The notes beneath the pieces are model-generated. The model saw only the letters and a program-made list of their open reading frames with translations, did no database searches and was not told the DNA's origin. Shown here in pieces: positions 38,709 to 50,577 of a stretch of DNA of 64,000 bases. Numbering within the stretch: the stretch's first letter is position 1; every line of letters starts with the position of its first letter. This DNA comes from Selaginella moellendorffii (taxonomy: Eukaryota; Plantae; Lycopodiophyta). Location of the stretch: NCBI RefSeq assembly GCF_000143415.4, contig NW_003314318.1, positions 868,001-932,000 of the forward strand. Reading direction: 5' to 3'. A program made the position numbers and the translations under genes.

Positions 38709-41700
38709 ATGGCCTTCAGGGTTGGGGAAAAGGTTTACATTTTGAATGGTGGGAAGAGAGTTGCAAAAGGGACCCTTGTGTCTATGGATCGGAACTTTGT
38801 TATACACTGTGAAAGGCTTGGGGAAGGCAATGCTGTTGTATCAGTAGAGACTGTCTTCGATGGGAATGTGGTCGCTATTGAACGAGGAGAGATGGTCGTC
38901 GGGGTAAATGTTGTTGTTGCCTTGAAAAATCTTCAGAAGAAAGTAGATGTTGGGGACAGCGCAAGTGCGACGCATGTTCCCTCCGTGGATCTTAAGAACC
39001 GTGCTACATGGATTCAGGCAAAAGTGTTTCTAAACAACCCCGAGGGGGAGGTGGTAGCTGAGGGCTTAGCCACAGTTGTCGATCCAAGAGATGTGGTTGC
39101 TAATCAAGAATTGGGCTGGGATGATATTGGAGTTGCGATTTTAGAGGTTGTTGACACAGAAGAAAACAGTCTGACTATTGGAAGCATTGTGCGGTGGAAA
39201 TTGAGGCACTTAGTGTTTGAGAATGTGAAGGATTCACAATCAAACACCACTACAACTAATGACAGAACATCTCTTCATGGGAAAAGAAAGTACACCTTCC
39301 TAAAGCGCAGCCAAAGGGATCTGAGCAACGAACCGAAAAGGCAGAAAATGGCGATGGAGGTTTGAATGGTCTCGACAGTTGCTTGTTGCAAGAGGAGCTG
39401 CTGTCAACATGCTGATTGGGATGCTATTGAAGAGGAGAGAACAAGATACAAGACATTGTCCTGGAAGGCAGCTCGCAATTTTGTGTATGAGGCATTACGG
39501 TCATCTGTTGATGCTTCAGAACATCAGGTGGGGGGCATGGTCTTCCAGAGGGGTTTGGTCTGCATGAAGGCATGGAGAATCATTTATGGAGTCCCTCGAA
39601 CCACATTTTACAGAATCAAAACTGAGTTCGAGGAACAAAGGGTTCAACAGGCAGTCCATGGGAACGACGGTACGCACAAAACCAGGGGTCATGTTGTATA
39701 TGGAGAGGCAATCTTCAAGAGGTTTGTCGAGACATGTAGCGAGCAGCAACCACATAAAACCCGCCTCTTGGAAGATGGAACACGAGACACCCAACGAGTT
39801 CTCCCTTCCATGTATACCAAGGGGGCCATATTGGAAGATGTGAATCGGGAACTCCAGAGTAATGGCTACAGGAAGCTGAGCCAATCTAGATTTAGTAGAT
39901 TGTGGAGCAACAGGTTCAGGGATGTGAGTATAGGAAAGTACTCCAGCTTTTCAAAGTGTGACGAGTGCACTGCTATCAAAATGGCTTTGTCGAAGAATTC
40001 TTGCAGCGCTCAAGAGCGAGAGACGTTGGTTAGAAGGCGGCTCGACCACAACATCGAGCAGAGAAGCTGCAGGACTGCATATTATCATAACAGGATTCTC
40101 TCCATGGAGAGACCTGACTCTTACCTCTGCATCATCCACGACAAAATGGACCAGAAAAAGACGTGCTTACCTCGACTCAATCCTGCCCCCAAGGCAATCT
40201 CTTCATCCATGCAGCTGCCTGTGTCTCTGTTTGGCATAATCGCTCATGGGCATGGTGCCCAGAACTATGGGAACTTCTTTGTACCTCTATGGGGTGGCAG
40301 GGGTGCAAACATGATGATTGCGTCCCTAGCAAAACACTTAAGGTCTCTGCAAAGTGCGCAGACTGAGCTGAACGGCCAACCCTTGCATAAGGCCCTTGTC
40401 GATCGAACCCCATACAGGGTTCAGCTGGAGGAGGAGCAAAGGCTTGCAGTATCGCGTGGGGCCCCATGCCATCCCAGTGAATATGTTGGCCGTCAGATTG
40501 TAGGGTTATCACGTGAGGCCTCATGCCATTCCGACGAGGCTGGTCGCCCGGTGAATGCACAGCCTCATCCAAACGAAGCAGAATCTCAAGGAAGTTCTTG
40601 CGGCCGATGTGGCCTTCCACCCCATCTTCTGCTCCAAACAGACAATGCTGGCAGTGAGAACAAAAACATGTACGTCTTCGCGTACTTGGCGATGCTTGTT
40701 GCCAAAGGCATATTTGAAACGGTTACACTTGGCTTTCTCATGGTTGGGCACACTCATGAAGACGTTGATGCCATGTTCAGTCACCTGGCAGAGTCCCTCC
40801 GGCGATCCAATGTCCTCACCCTCCCACAACTCTACGATGAATTCCAAAATTGCATCAAAGGCACTGTTGAAGCTGCACTTCTGACAGAGGTTCCAGACTT
40901 TAAGGGGTTTGTAAGAGGCTACATCAGGGATGGATCCGAAACGCTGATTGGCCACTCCAAGCCTCTTCAGTTTCATTTCAGCATGTGTGACGGTGCTCCA
41001 GTGATGAGGTACAAGATGAGAGAATGGGACACAGTGTGGCTGCCAGTGGACGGCATTGAACTCTTCAAGAGAGATCCCATAACTGGGGAACCTATGATTC
41101 CTCAGGGTTCCCCACGGCCGATGCACCCGGATGGACTCAAAGACCAGGAAAGTATAGTGGCCGGGATTAGACAGCATATTGCCTTCTGGAAGAGGGGGTT
41201 GGTGTTTGGTGGAGAATCCTATTTTCAGAGGTGCAAGCCTTTGCTCGAATACTGGGAGAAGATTATATCTGCTATCCAAAATGGGCCGGTTGTATATGAA
41301 GAATTGGAAGAGTCCTTTTGGCCAGAACCCAGAGCACCAGATAGTAGCGGAACAATGTCCTCTGGAAATGCAGTGACAGATAATGATGTTGAGGATCACT
41401 ATTGTGGGCCGAGGAACAAGAAGCCGGATTCAGCATTCAATCCAGTACAGGTTTGCAAAGGAATGGTCGTGCTTGTCAGACCCAGTAATAAAAAACAAAT
41501 GATATGGGTGGGGCGCTGCATCACTGATGCAGAGGAGGACGCGGAAACTAACTCCTTCAATGTAACTGTGGAGTGGTTCAAGCCAAGTTCCGGATATACG
41601 AAGGATTGCCTAGAAAAGAGATGGGTGCTGAATCCAAGGGATCCCAGCATGAGCATATCGGTGGATAATGTTGTGCATGGTTGGATGCGGAAGCAGAGTG

Positions 41701-41850
41701 CCACCATCACCTTGCCAGACCATGCAAGAGATGCAGCAAGAGCATTCATAACTCGGGTTCAAGGTGAGATTCATTAATATTCCTTTACAAAGTTTCTAAT
41801 GTATTTTATTTCAAGGTGAACAATCCGAATCTGAATCAGAGGAGGCTTGA
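38709..41850 (+). CDS. Sola1-like DDD transposase, ~1020-1030 aa (one CGA-to-TGA stop at 39363-39365)
   Basis: FSKCDEC, IIHDKMDQ, LLLQTDNAGSENKN, FLMVGHTHEDVDAMFS. The 4-bp TSDs fit the Sola superfamily. Probable 5'UTR intron ends just before the ATG. Probable last intron 41764-41815 (unspliced stop at 41777). Confidence 0.85.
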
Positions 41851-43156
41851 TATAGTGTGTGAGGTAAAACAAAGATGATGTGACATATGCATTTACCAAT
41901 CACACGTGCATAAATCTAATAATATGGCGTGTGGCCCATATTAATGGCACATAAACCCATATTGTGGGCTTACGTGCTTTATGTACCATCATTCCCTTGC
42001 AGCGTGTGTGTTGGTTTCCTTTTATAACACAACGAACTCCATATTTTAGGGTGAAGAGCGTTCTCATGGCAAGCACAAAATCTGTAAGTGAGGCAGAAAA
42101 GGAGACGGAGAAGGAGATAGGTGAAGATGTAGAATATATAAGTCTTCCAAACTCCCCGTACTATACTCCAGGTGATCATTTTTCTGAACAAACGGCAACA
42201 TTAACAACTATCGAGAACGCCCCAGTAACGTCAGAGACAACAATCCAAAGCAAAACAACTGACCCGGAGAAGGATGATAGTACCGCTGAGAGTACCAAAA
42301 AGGAGGTGTCCACTAGCGCTTAGGCTTATAATGGCGTGTGCCCTCATGCCATTTACTTGATCACCAAATACCTTTTTCCCTTTGCACTAGTATATCTTAA
42401 TACCGGTCTGAGAAATAGAATGGCATGTGCCCTCAGGCCTTTTACTAAATCACCTTTGAAAGAAATGCAAGCCTCTATGTCGTAAAAAAAAGGTACTAGA
42501 GAAATTCCTTAATAATATGAATGTTATTTAGTTTCATGAAAATACACTAAGGGTCAAATGAGTTAAATGACTTCTCCAGACTAGCAATGCCTCTTGCTAC
42601 ACCTTCACAATTAGATTCGTTAGAAAAAGATAACATTGAATAATATCTAAATGTTCTCACCATTAAGTTATATGTCTGGCTAATAGGAATGATGTTCATC
42701 TTGGAAAGCTCACCACACGCTCAATGAACAAACAAATAGTGTGTGCGCGCATGCCATCGCTCTTCTTTAGCTTCATATTCGGCTTGTTCACCTTGACAAT
42801 GAGATTTATTATACAACTAGATGGACTCAGTCTGGACATAAGGTCACCGCGCTAGTCACCATGCCCCAGATATGTCTAGCCCCTGGACAAAAAACATATA
42901 ATTTCACGTCATTTTCAAATACTTGAAAATTTGTACCTAGTCCCATTTTACTGAATAAATCCCACTTTAACGAAATAGAGCTTAATAGTCTTCCATCATT
43001 CTAAGATGAGGGAATGATGTGAGGTTCAAGTATACAATTACAATGCCATATACTAATATTAGCATAATAAGATTTTTGTATATAAGTTAGGGTTTTGGGC
43101 TAATTGATATACATATTTCTTATATTATTTTTCCATATTCCATGCACTCACAAATA

Positions 43157-43970
43157 TATATTATAAAAGAAATTAAACTTTCATATGACATTTAAAATTT
43201 TAGCCACTAAGATAGCAATAGATCAAAAGAAATTGCATCACAAAACTCAAGCTTATATAAATTTATTCAATGTTGACTTTTGACAAATGTTATTTATTGT
43301 CTCTCATGGTCTCTTAAGCACTAATAATTTTTTATTCTGTCAAGATGTATAGATTGTGGCCATTTACAAAACTATCAATTAAAAAGAATATGAAACTTAC
43401 ATGGTTGGCCATACCCATTACTTTCTATTGTTTCAATTAAATTACCTTTGAAAACTTTGTTAAAGTTATCTTATTATTTTTCAAAATTCTAATGATATTT
43501 CAAACCCCCAGTTATTCTTACCCCACTCAATGATGATACATTTCCAATTAGCAATTCTATAACCTTTTTCATCTCTTTATTACAAGGTGATACATATTAC
43601 AAGTATTGACTCTGCTGACACAGAAACAAAACACCCAGAAGATTTTCCTTAAACTTTATTACACTCCTTCCACATAAATTAATTCATAAAGAAGGTGCTC
43701 TACTCATCCTTTTTTCTTAAAAAAGCATCCATTGCAATTTTACACTGTGAGGACAATTCAAAGGATCAAGCGTTTTTATCCCTTCAATAACATTGTCACC
43801 CTCCAATACTGAGATACCATTCAAAATGTTGAGAAGTGGTCAGTTATATGTGGCTCTATAGATGTACATATCTGTCTGGCCTCGGTATCAAAGTGCAGAA
43901 CAAGGCCAGATTCTACCTTTAGATTTGTCTATTCACAATAAACACTGTGTACAAGGAAATACTTTATTGA
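43157..43970 (+). mobile_element. Degenerate Helitron RepHel, PIF1-helicase part (right fragment)
   Basis: LWPFTKLSIKKNMK (~43355), GQLYVAL (~43838, PIF1 motif VI) and NTVYKEIL (~43940, typical RepHel C-terminus). Continues the 4080-5729 fragment. Confidence 0.6.
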
Positions 43971-44444
43971 TTACATTGTAAGCATTTTTCTTTTCTATCA
44001 CATCCATCTCCCACTCCAGGTGTTGCTCAGTGCTACATTAGTGTTCTTCACTTGCATCTTGACTGTCATAATAAAGAGACTAGGTATGTGCTAAACAGCT
44101 TGCAACGACTCTCTTAGAGGTTTTGTTTTATTGCCAGGTCAATATCACAAATCCACTGGTTTTCTCCGGCAGACTCACAAACAAAAGGGGGGGATCTGAT
44201 TGAGTGGGAGCAATGGTGCATAAAAGGGAGCAACAGAATCAAGGATTTTCTTTTTAGAAATGGTCACCTTGACTGGCCAGCTCCTGGCAATTTCTAGTAT
44301 TTAATAATGATATTGTCCATGCAACTTCTGTTCGAGAAGAAGGCGAATTTGGAACTTTTAAAAATAGTCAACGTTTTAAAGTGTTTTTAACACCGGGAGC
44401 AAAGACTCTATTTAGGGTTCTTCATTTAAGGAGATAGGGTGGTG

Positions 44445-45885
44445 ATGGGATTCGGGCAATCGAAAATAACGAGTGGTGGAGGATCTGCACCAGGGATCCC
44501 TGACCATGGATCGGGAGGGCAAAGGAAGCTTCCGCTTATGATGGTCAGAGTTTTTATTTAGAGAGCGAGCTGATTGATTCCTCTCTTGTAGGTGAGCACT
44601 TACTATAACAACCATATTTCGGGGAATGGGCCGAATAGGGTTCTGATGGGCCCTTTCGAAACTGCTGTGGCTCGCAAGAATCCGGAAGGCGAGTTCAAGT
44701 ATACCGTAAGCATTTTTTTCATTTTTTTCCATCTCTTTGATTCTAGTAAATTTTTTTTTTCCAGTATGGTTTTGAACTCCTCCACCTTGAAGACGAAGGA
44801 GAGGTTCTGGTTGCAGTGGTTAACACGACCCGCACAAAAAACTTGGGTAAGTTTGTGTCGTGATTCTTGTATCTTTGTTTCATCTCTGTTTGTCTCCCAG
44901 CGTCTATGAACCTTTATCTCTGGAATGTTTCTTCGTTCGATAAGCACTGCGTGCGTATTCTTTCAAACGAAGACCGGCTAACTGAAGCGAGGATTCGGTA
45001 TCTCATGGAACAGTATGCGTTGCTTTTGCTCCATTTAGACCGATTTGATGAGATTACTCGTTGCAGCGTCGACGAGCTAGTACCTCCAACAATTGAGGAG
45101 GCACGCATCAAGGCACTGTCACGAATGGAGAAGGCAAAAGAGGAAAAGGCAAAAGCGGCAAAAGAGGACCCATTTTACTCATCCTCTGATGAGGAGGAGG
45201 AGGAGGAGGAGGATCGATATTGGAATGAGAACATCAAGGTTTGGTTGAGTTGGTTAACATTTGGGATTCCTTGCTGTGATTACAGCCAGAAGAGTGGCAT
45301 GTTTGCAAGAACACAACTCTCGTGGCCATCGCTGAGCAGCGGATATTTGTTGCTGGTCCAGGACGCTTCTCAGTTGTTATTGCTGGACCTGCTGGTGCTC
45401 GGGTAAAGCCTTACATTCTTACTTGAATCTCAGGGGATCACCCAAATCTTTTTGTAGGTGCTGTCTGAGGCGGACCCGGAAGCCTTGGATATCCAGATTT
45501 TTGAGTATGAGGTACATTTTGTCCTTGTCTTGTTTCTTAGACCAACTTTCTTTGCATGCAGCACCGGCTTGCACCCAACGAGTTTCTAGTCATGCTTCCT
45601 GAGACTTTGCATGTGTCAAAACTTGACACTGTGGCCTGGAACGAATGGGTTCAGGTTTGTCATGACTGAATACTTCTTGGCAGTGCTAATGACAGTTTGT
45701 CATTTCAGAGAGGATATTGGGAAGTGGCAGACAGATTGTGTGAAATGGATGACGCCAGTGAAAGCTCAGTTCTGGTGCTTCACAAGGAGGAATCTCGAGC
45801 TACCAACTCCAACAAGGTGATCAATGGGGAAGAACCATCGACGAGCCTTAGCAAGTTACAGAGCGGGACATCGACTCCACATTGA
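44445..45885 (+). CDS. Multi-exon host gene, divergent PP2C-like protein
   Basis: MGFGQS (myristoylation-like) start and short GT-AG introns. TTLVAIAEQRIFVAGPGRFSVVI and IQIFEYEHRLAPNEFLVM resemble PP2C motifs with non-canonical catalytic residues. Confidence 0.5.
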
Positions 45886-46419
45886 AGTTGCGAATACGAC
45901 GAGCAAAACGACTGATCCTTGTAGACCGCGGCATATTCGTTTTTTGAGTGCCGAGTATTCGATTTTATCTTTGAACAACTAGGAATTCTCGAGCCCTCTC
46001 TCCGTCAAACGAAGGGCCCTCTCTGAGGAATCGGACGCAGTCGAGGAGGCGGAGTGGAAGAAATGCACTTGCAGAGCAGCTCCTTGAGACGCTCGCAACG
46101 GTATCCCTAGGGCTCTTCCAGCTTCAAAGCCCTGACACGTCAGCATGTTGGCACTTTTACCAAGAACCCTAAAATTTAAATCAAAGCGGACGGTGGATTG
46201 CTCCAGCTCGTGAGATTGTGGTGGAGGGCGATTCGCAAGGATGAGATGGCACCTAATTAATCCCCCAGCGCTCCCACTCGCGATCGGCAGTCTCCACAGA
46301 CCCGCAAGTCAGTGGCTGCAGCCATCGCCCTGGAACGTCATGAAGAACGTATCTCCTGGATCCTGTCCACCTCGGCGTAAATCTCCGTCGTGTGCGGGTG
46401 CGAGAGAGCGTGTTCTTGA

Positions 46420-47075
46420 TGCTAATCACTCTTGCCGGGCTCTTTCTTGATCCCCCTGTCCGTCATGATCCCGTTGTTGATCTTCATGATGATCTCTTCC
46501 ACGCGCTGCGTCCGCGGAGCACCGTTCTGAGACTTGCAGCAGCGCTAACCACGTTTACCTGGAGCGGCACCATCCACCCCCCTTCCCCAGCATGTCGTGA
46601 GCAATGTCGTTCGCGCCCCTGTACTGATTGAGAGCCAGGTATCCCTTCGTCATCGCCGATACCACCTTGTCCTTCGTAGCACACCCGAGCAAGGATCATA
46701 CTTCCGAACTTCTCCGCCCGACTTTGGCGCTCAGCCCAATCTTCTCCTGGACTAGCCTCTGCAGTTTCTTGGCTTCGTCCACTGTGATGTTCCTGGATTT
46801 CTGAGCGACGAGAACGTAAGTGTCCTCGTCCAGCGGCGCTCCTTCCTTGGCCAGGCGCGTTATACTTCTCAAGCCGGCAGGAGCATCGTCGTCCAAGCCT
46901 TCATTCTCGAAAGCATTGGATGCTGCCAACTTTTGCGTACATTCTCATCACCGCAAACGTTAGGAGCGAGGGGATTTTTCTCGCCTCCGGTGCAAGCTGC
47001 TAGAATCTGTGGCCAGGCATCCTTGTTGAGGAGTTTTAAGAACGCGTCGATCTTACTCCCCAGATCCGAACCCAA
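46420..47075 (-). pseudogene. PPR-like (PLS/E-class) gene remnant
   Basis: TYVLVAQKSRNITVDEAKKLQRLVQEKIGL and IMTDRGIKKEPGKS (E-domain-like) lie in different frames with stops. Confidence 0.4.
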
Positions 47076-47096
47076 ACCCTAAACCCTAAACCCTAG
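47074..47096. promoter_or_regulatory. Telo-box cluster (AAACCCT x3)
   Basis: aaaccctaaaccctaaaccctag at the 5' end of the PPR-like remnant. Confidence 0.5.
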
Positions 47097-47329
47097 GCTA
47101 TTCTTCCGGGCGTAAGTTTTACTTCCAAATAAGTGGCAGTGTCGGATTTTCTTTCGCTTGTGTGGATATAATACAAGGTCTCGATTGGATCAAACTTCCT
47201 GAAAAACAAGAGAACAAGCTTAGGCTTTAAGAAGTTACGATTGAGCTATAGTCTTTACCATGATCGAGTAAATCTCTTCAAACTCTTTGGCACGAGCTAT
47301 GGAATTCATCGATGGGAACGCCGCAGATG

Positions 47330-48021
47330 CTTACTCGCCGCCTTGCTTCTTCTCTTCTGCATGAAACAAAGCTCGCCAAAGTAGCAAAAGAGAAACAGGA
47401 CGACTTGCCTTCGCTCTTGCTGCTCTCCTCGTCGTCAGAGAGAACGGTCTTGTTCCTCTTCTTCTTCGCAAAAGGGAGTGGCTCGTAAAACAAGTTTGCT
47501 TGCCTCCTCCCCCTCCCCTCTGTGATGATATTACCTACATCAATTCCTTCGAGGTCTTTTTGCTTGTCTTTCTTTTTTCTCACGGCCTTGAGCTCTACAA
47601 ACACGAGACACAACTCAGATAAGAGACATTGTCTTGGATTTGATTTACCTTTCTCCGACGAGTTCCTGTTCAATCCCTCCTTTTGCAAAATGCTCTCGAG
47701 CTCTTTAATCAGCAAACTCTCCCGCTTTGACTCTGGCACTTGCTTCACCCGTTTGTAAACGGAAGGAGGGATACTGCGAAGAAAACAAAAACAAATTATT
47801 ACCCGTGTTGTTTGAGCAGCACAAACACATGACTTACTTTATTCCAGAGACCTTGATCATCTGCTTTAGTTGCTCCACGACCTTACTTACAACCGGTTTT
47901 GATTCCGGCGGTTTCGCAGCCTTCTTCTGCAATAGATGAATGATCACAGCTGAAGTGAGAGACGAGTAAAAATGTTAACTATACCTTTGACGTCTTCTTC
48001 GCAGGACTCTCATCACTATCG
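47330..48021 (-). CDS. HIRIP3-like histone chaperone (CHZ domain), 3' exons
   Basis: VVEQLKQMIKVSG / KRVKQVPESKRESLLIKELESILQKEGL / KKKDKQKDLEGIDVGNIITEGRGRR, joined by short introns. 5' exons not found. Confidence 0.65.
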
Positions 48022-48389
48022 GCATTGTATTCATGCAACTTGGGGCAGGAATTTATTTTTGGCATTGATGGTGACTCTTCATTAATGAAAACCTTTCTAA
48101 TGTAATATATAAATTATAGTTTTACCCCTTCAAGGCATTTGTTGTTATTTGCTAATAGCACTATATATGTGGACGACAACACACCCAAAAACCCTTAGCC
48201 ATCAATCTAATGTAGTGTTCCAATTGCAAGTCTACACTGAATGCACACATGAAACTTATTAATGGTCTCAAAGGAAAAGAGAAGATTTATATCTTGTGTC
48301 ATTGTAGCACATATAAAATCTTTATTGAATTTGTTATACATTTCTATGTTTGTATTACAAAAACCAGCTAAAGGAATATGACAATGTAT

Positions 48390-48672
48390 ATCCTCCACAC
48401 AGCCTCCCCGAGTGTTTGAGGTCATCTGGCTCCGCCTCTGCGTCGGATTTGTGTCAAATTCCAACCAGCTGTTTGCAAAGGTTTTGAATCTTTCCTAGAG
48501 ATCTCGTTCACTTCCAGCAAAACCTCGGTTTGGCTGCGATTAGAATCCAAAAACCGGGAAGCACAAAGCATTGTTCCAGACAAACTCCAAACATCACGAA
48601 CAAAGTTCTTGTGTGGATTGGCCGGACTTTACTGACAAAAAGTCCAACTAATAAATTGCAAAAGTTTCAATA
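48390..48672 (+). pseudogene. Germin-like gene 3' fragment with many small deletions
   Basis: Colinear similarity to 50892-51280, including the 3'UTR (gaggtcatctggctcc, gttcacttccagc, ttgttccagac, caataaa). Confidence 0.8.
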
Positions 48673-48683
48673 AATAATCAAAA

Positions 48684-48707
48684 CCAATCTTAGCTCAGTT
48701 GGCAGAG
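48684..48707 (+). pseudogene. tRNA-Tyr 5' half remnant (A-box)
   Basis: ccaatcttagctcagttggcagag resembles plant tRNA-Tyr CCGACCTTAGCTCAGTTGGYAGAG. Confidence 0.55.
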
Positions 48708-49565
48708 AAAGTGTTAGAAATTGGACAATGGAATTTACATCCTGTAATAGAAGTCCGATCTGCAGGAATCAAACCAAGACTTAAAGTTATCCATTGAAAG
48801 AAATCTCAACACTACAGTGAAATTTGTTTCTGACTCTAAGAGTTTCAGTGCTGCCTGGGAGGGCGGCCTCAGCAGAAAGCCTTGAAATTTCACGAGGACC
48901 AAGATGACAGAGAGGCTAAGGTATAACTCCAGCTCCAGCTGAAGTCCAATAAGGGATGGAACATGCCCATGTAAGCATAAAGTTAAACAGCGATTGCTAT
49001 ACTACATGCAAAATGATATTCATCAGGATGTGTCTAGCACGTCTATAGCGTTGCCTCCTTGAAGCCTTTGAATCCAGGTCTTTGTTTTGCACAGTGAGTT
49101 CACCTTTGTTTACATTGTTTTGAGTCATTGTTGTGTTGGAGTTTATTCTTCCAAGCTGGAGTTCTTCCTTGCCTGGATTTTTATCAACTTTGTCAAAGTG
49201 TCCACTGTTTACCGTGGAGATTTGCGGTTGATGGCCAATATTCCTTCCTATATCTTTCTGGAGAAGATGCACAAAAAGAGTGCGCCGTTGGTATATGAAA
49301 TTTCGAAAAATCAAGACGAATACTTTGTATGAATCTGTGGCCTCTGCTCGACGGTATTTATTCGCAGTGCTCAATAGCATCGAGAGCCAATTTTTTTTTA
49401 CATGGTCACATATACAAATCATTGTTAACTTCCAAAAAGTTGTTTGAGAAGGTTTTGTATCCTGGTTATCTTTCTCAAGGGCCTTAAAATAGCAAACCAC
49501 ACGAATGAAGTTGATGAGGCAGCAAAAATGAGATTAATAAGTTACTAAATGTGTGATAACACTCA

Positions 49566-49600
49566 ACCCTTAGATTGCTGGTTCGATTCCGGCAGATTAA
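49566..49600 (+). pseudogene. tRNA-Tyr 3' half remnant (B-box)
   Basis: acccttagattgctggttcgattccggcagattaa resembles ATCCTTAGGTCGCTGGTTCGAWTCCGG. A second remnant lies at 63881-63915. Confidence 0.55.
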
Positions 49601-50577
49601 ATATTAGTTTTACAATGATAAATCAGGTAGAAGCATAGTATTTAAACCCAGGACCTCAGGGAGAAGAGCCTTGTCTCTAACCCATAAAAGCTTAATTCAA
49701 AGAGCAAACAGCAAGCCAGATCTAGGATAGTAAGCTTTTCTCTCATTTTCATTGGCAATAAGAGCGTCTCTTTGTGTTTCTAGTGCGAAGATACTTGAAT
49801 AAAAGAATGAGGAATGTGTTGATGACAAATATAATAATATAATTTTGATAGGAATTCTGACTAAAGCTCCTCACAATCGTGCTGTGGGCCAAACAGGGAA
49901 TGAGGAGGACTTTTTATGCTTAGAAGATCAGCCAGTGACGAGAGCCTTGAAATCCAAGTCTGACCCCACCTTATAAGGATGAAAGCTAATTGATCCAGTA
50001 GCTTAGACAAAACAATCTTTGTAACATCTTTGAGAAGATCTGAGGCATTAACAATTAACACAACACACTTCTAAGTACAAAAATAATTCAAGGCTTGAGC
50101 CTTTTAATCCACAGCCCTTGGGATCACCTTGAATGGAAGTGAATTGAGTCATTGCTGTGCTAAGTTAATTCTTCCAAGCTGGGTTTTTCCGTGGCTGGAT
50201 CTCTGTCAACTTTTCAAAGTGTGCACTGTTTACCGTGGAGATTTGGGGTTGATAGAGGCTTCCTTTATTGTTGAAATTTCAGTTCTAGAAATGTTTTAAA
50301 AAGTCTGATTTATAAGTCTCCGAATTTTCCATGCTGCTTTTCACGGCTCCTCTTCTTTTGAGCTCTTTCACTCAAGATCCACTACTTCACGCCAACGGGT
50401 GACATGACATACCGTTGTCTCTGCATGGGTCTATGAATGTATACGTGACCATGAGAAACAATTAAAAATTACAGCTCTCGATGTCATTTCTGCAAATAAA
50501 TACCAGCGGGCACAGGCCACAGATTCATACCAAGTAGTTTCGTCTTGAGTTTTCACAATTTCAAGTGTTCTATACCA

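Larger units (their letters stand above)
29718..42983 (+). mobile_element. Sola1-like DNA transposon, copy 2 (13,266 bp; structurally complete)
   Basis: 24-bp TIRs at 29718-29741 and 42960-42983. TSD AATA at 29714-29717 and 42984-42987. Confidence 0.95.
5730..43152 (+). mobile_element. Small gag-only LTR element (TR-GAG/TRIM-like, ~1.5 kb net) now split by nested insertions
   Basis: Direct repeats 5730-5905 and 43018-43152 with T(G/A)TGAG...CTCACA ends. TGGTA follows the 5' LTR. Purine tract aagatgagggaatga precedes the 3' LTR. AATA flanks both ends. Gag-like peptide FQQLHRLCQGPSESVMQFGIRF at ~6460-6525. Remaining internal pieces are 5906-6739, ~29408-29717 and 42988-43017. Confidence 0.6.

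Noticed and set aside
48997-49500. 167-aa minus-strand ORF
   Set aside because: No recognisable motifs; overlaps the duplicated germin upstream block.
48684-49600. Functional or split tRNA-Tyr gene
   Set aside because: Anticodon arm missing, halves ~860 bp apart and mutated; better explained as remnants of tandem duplicates.
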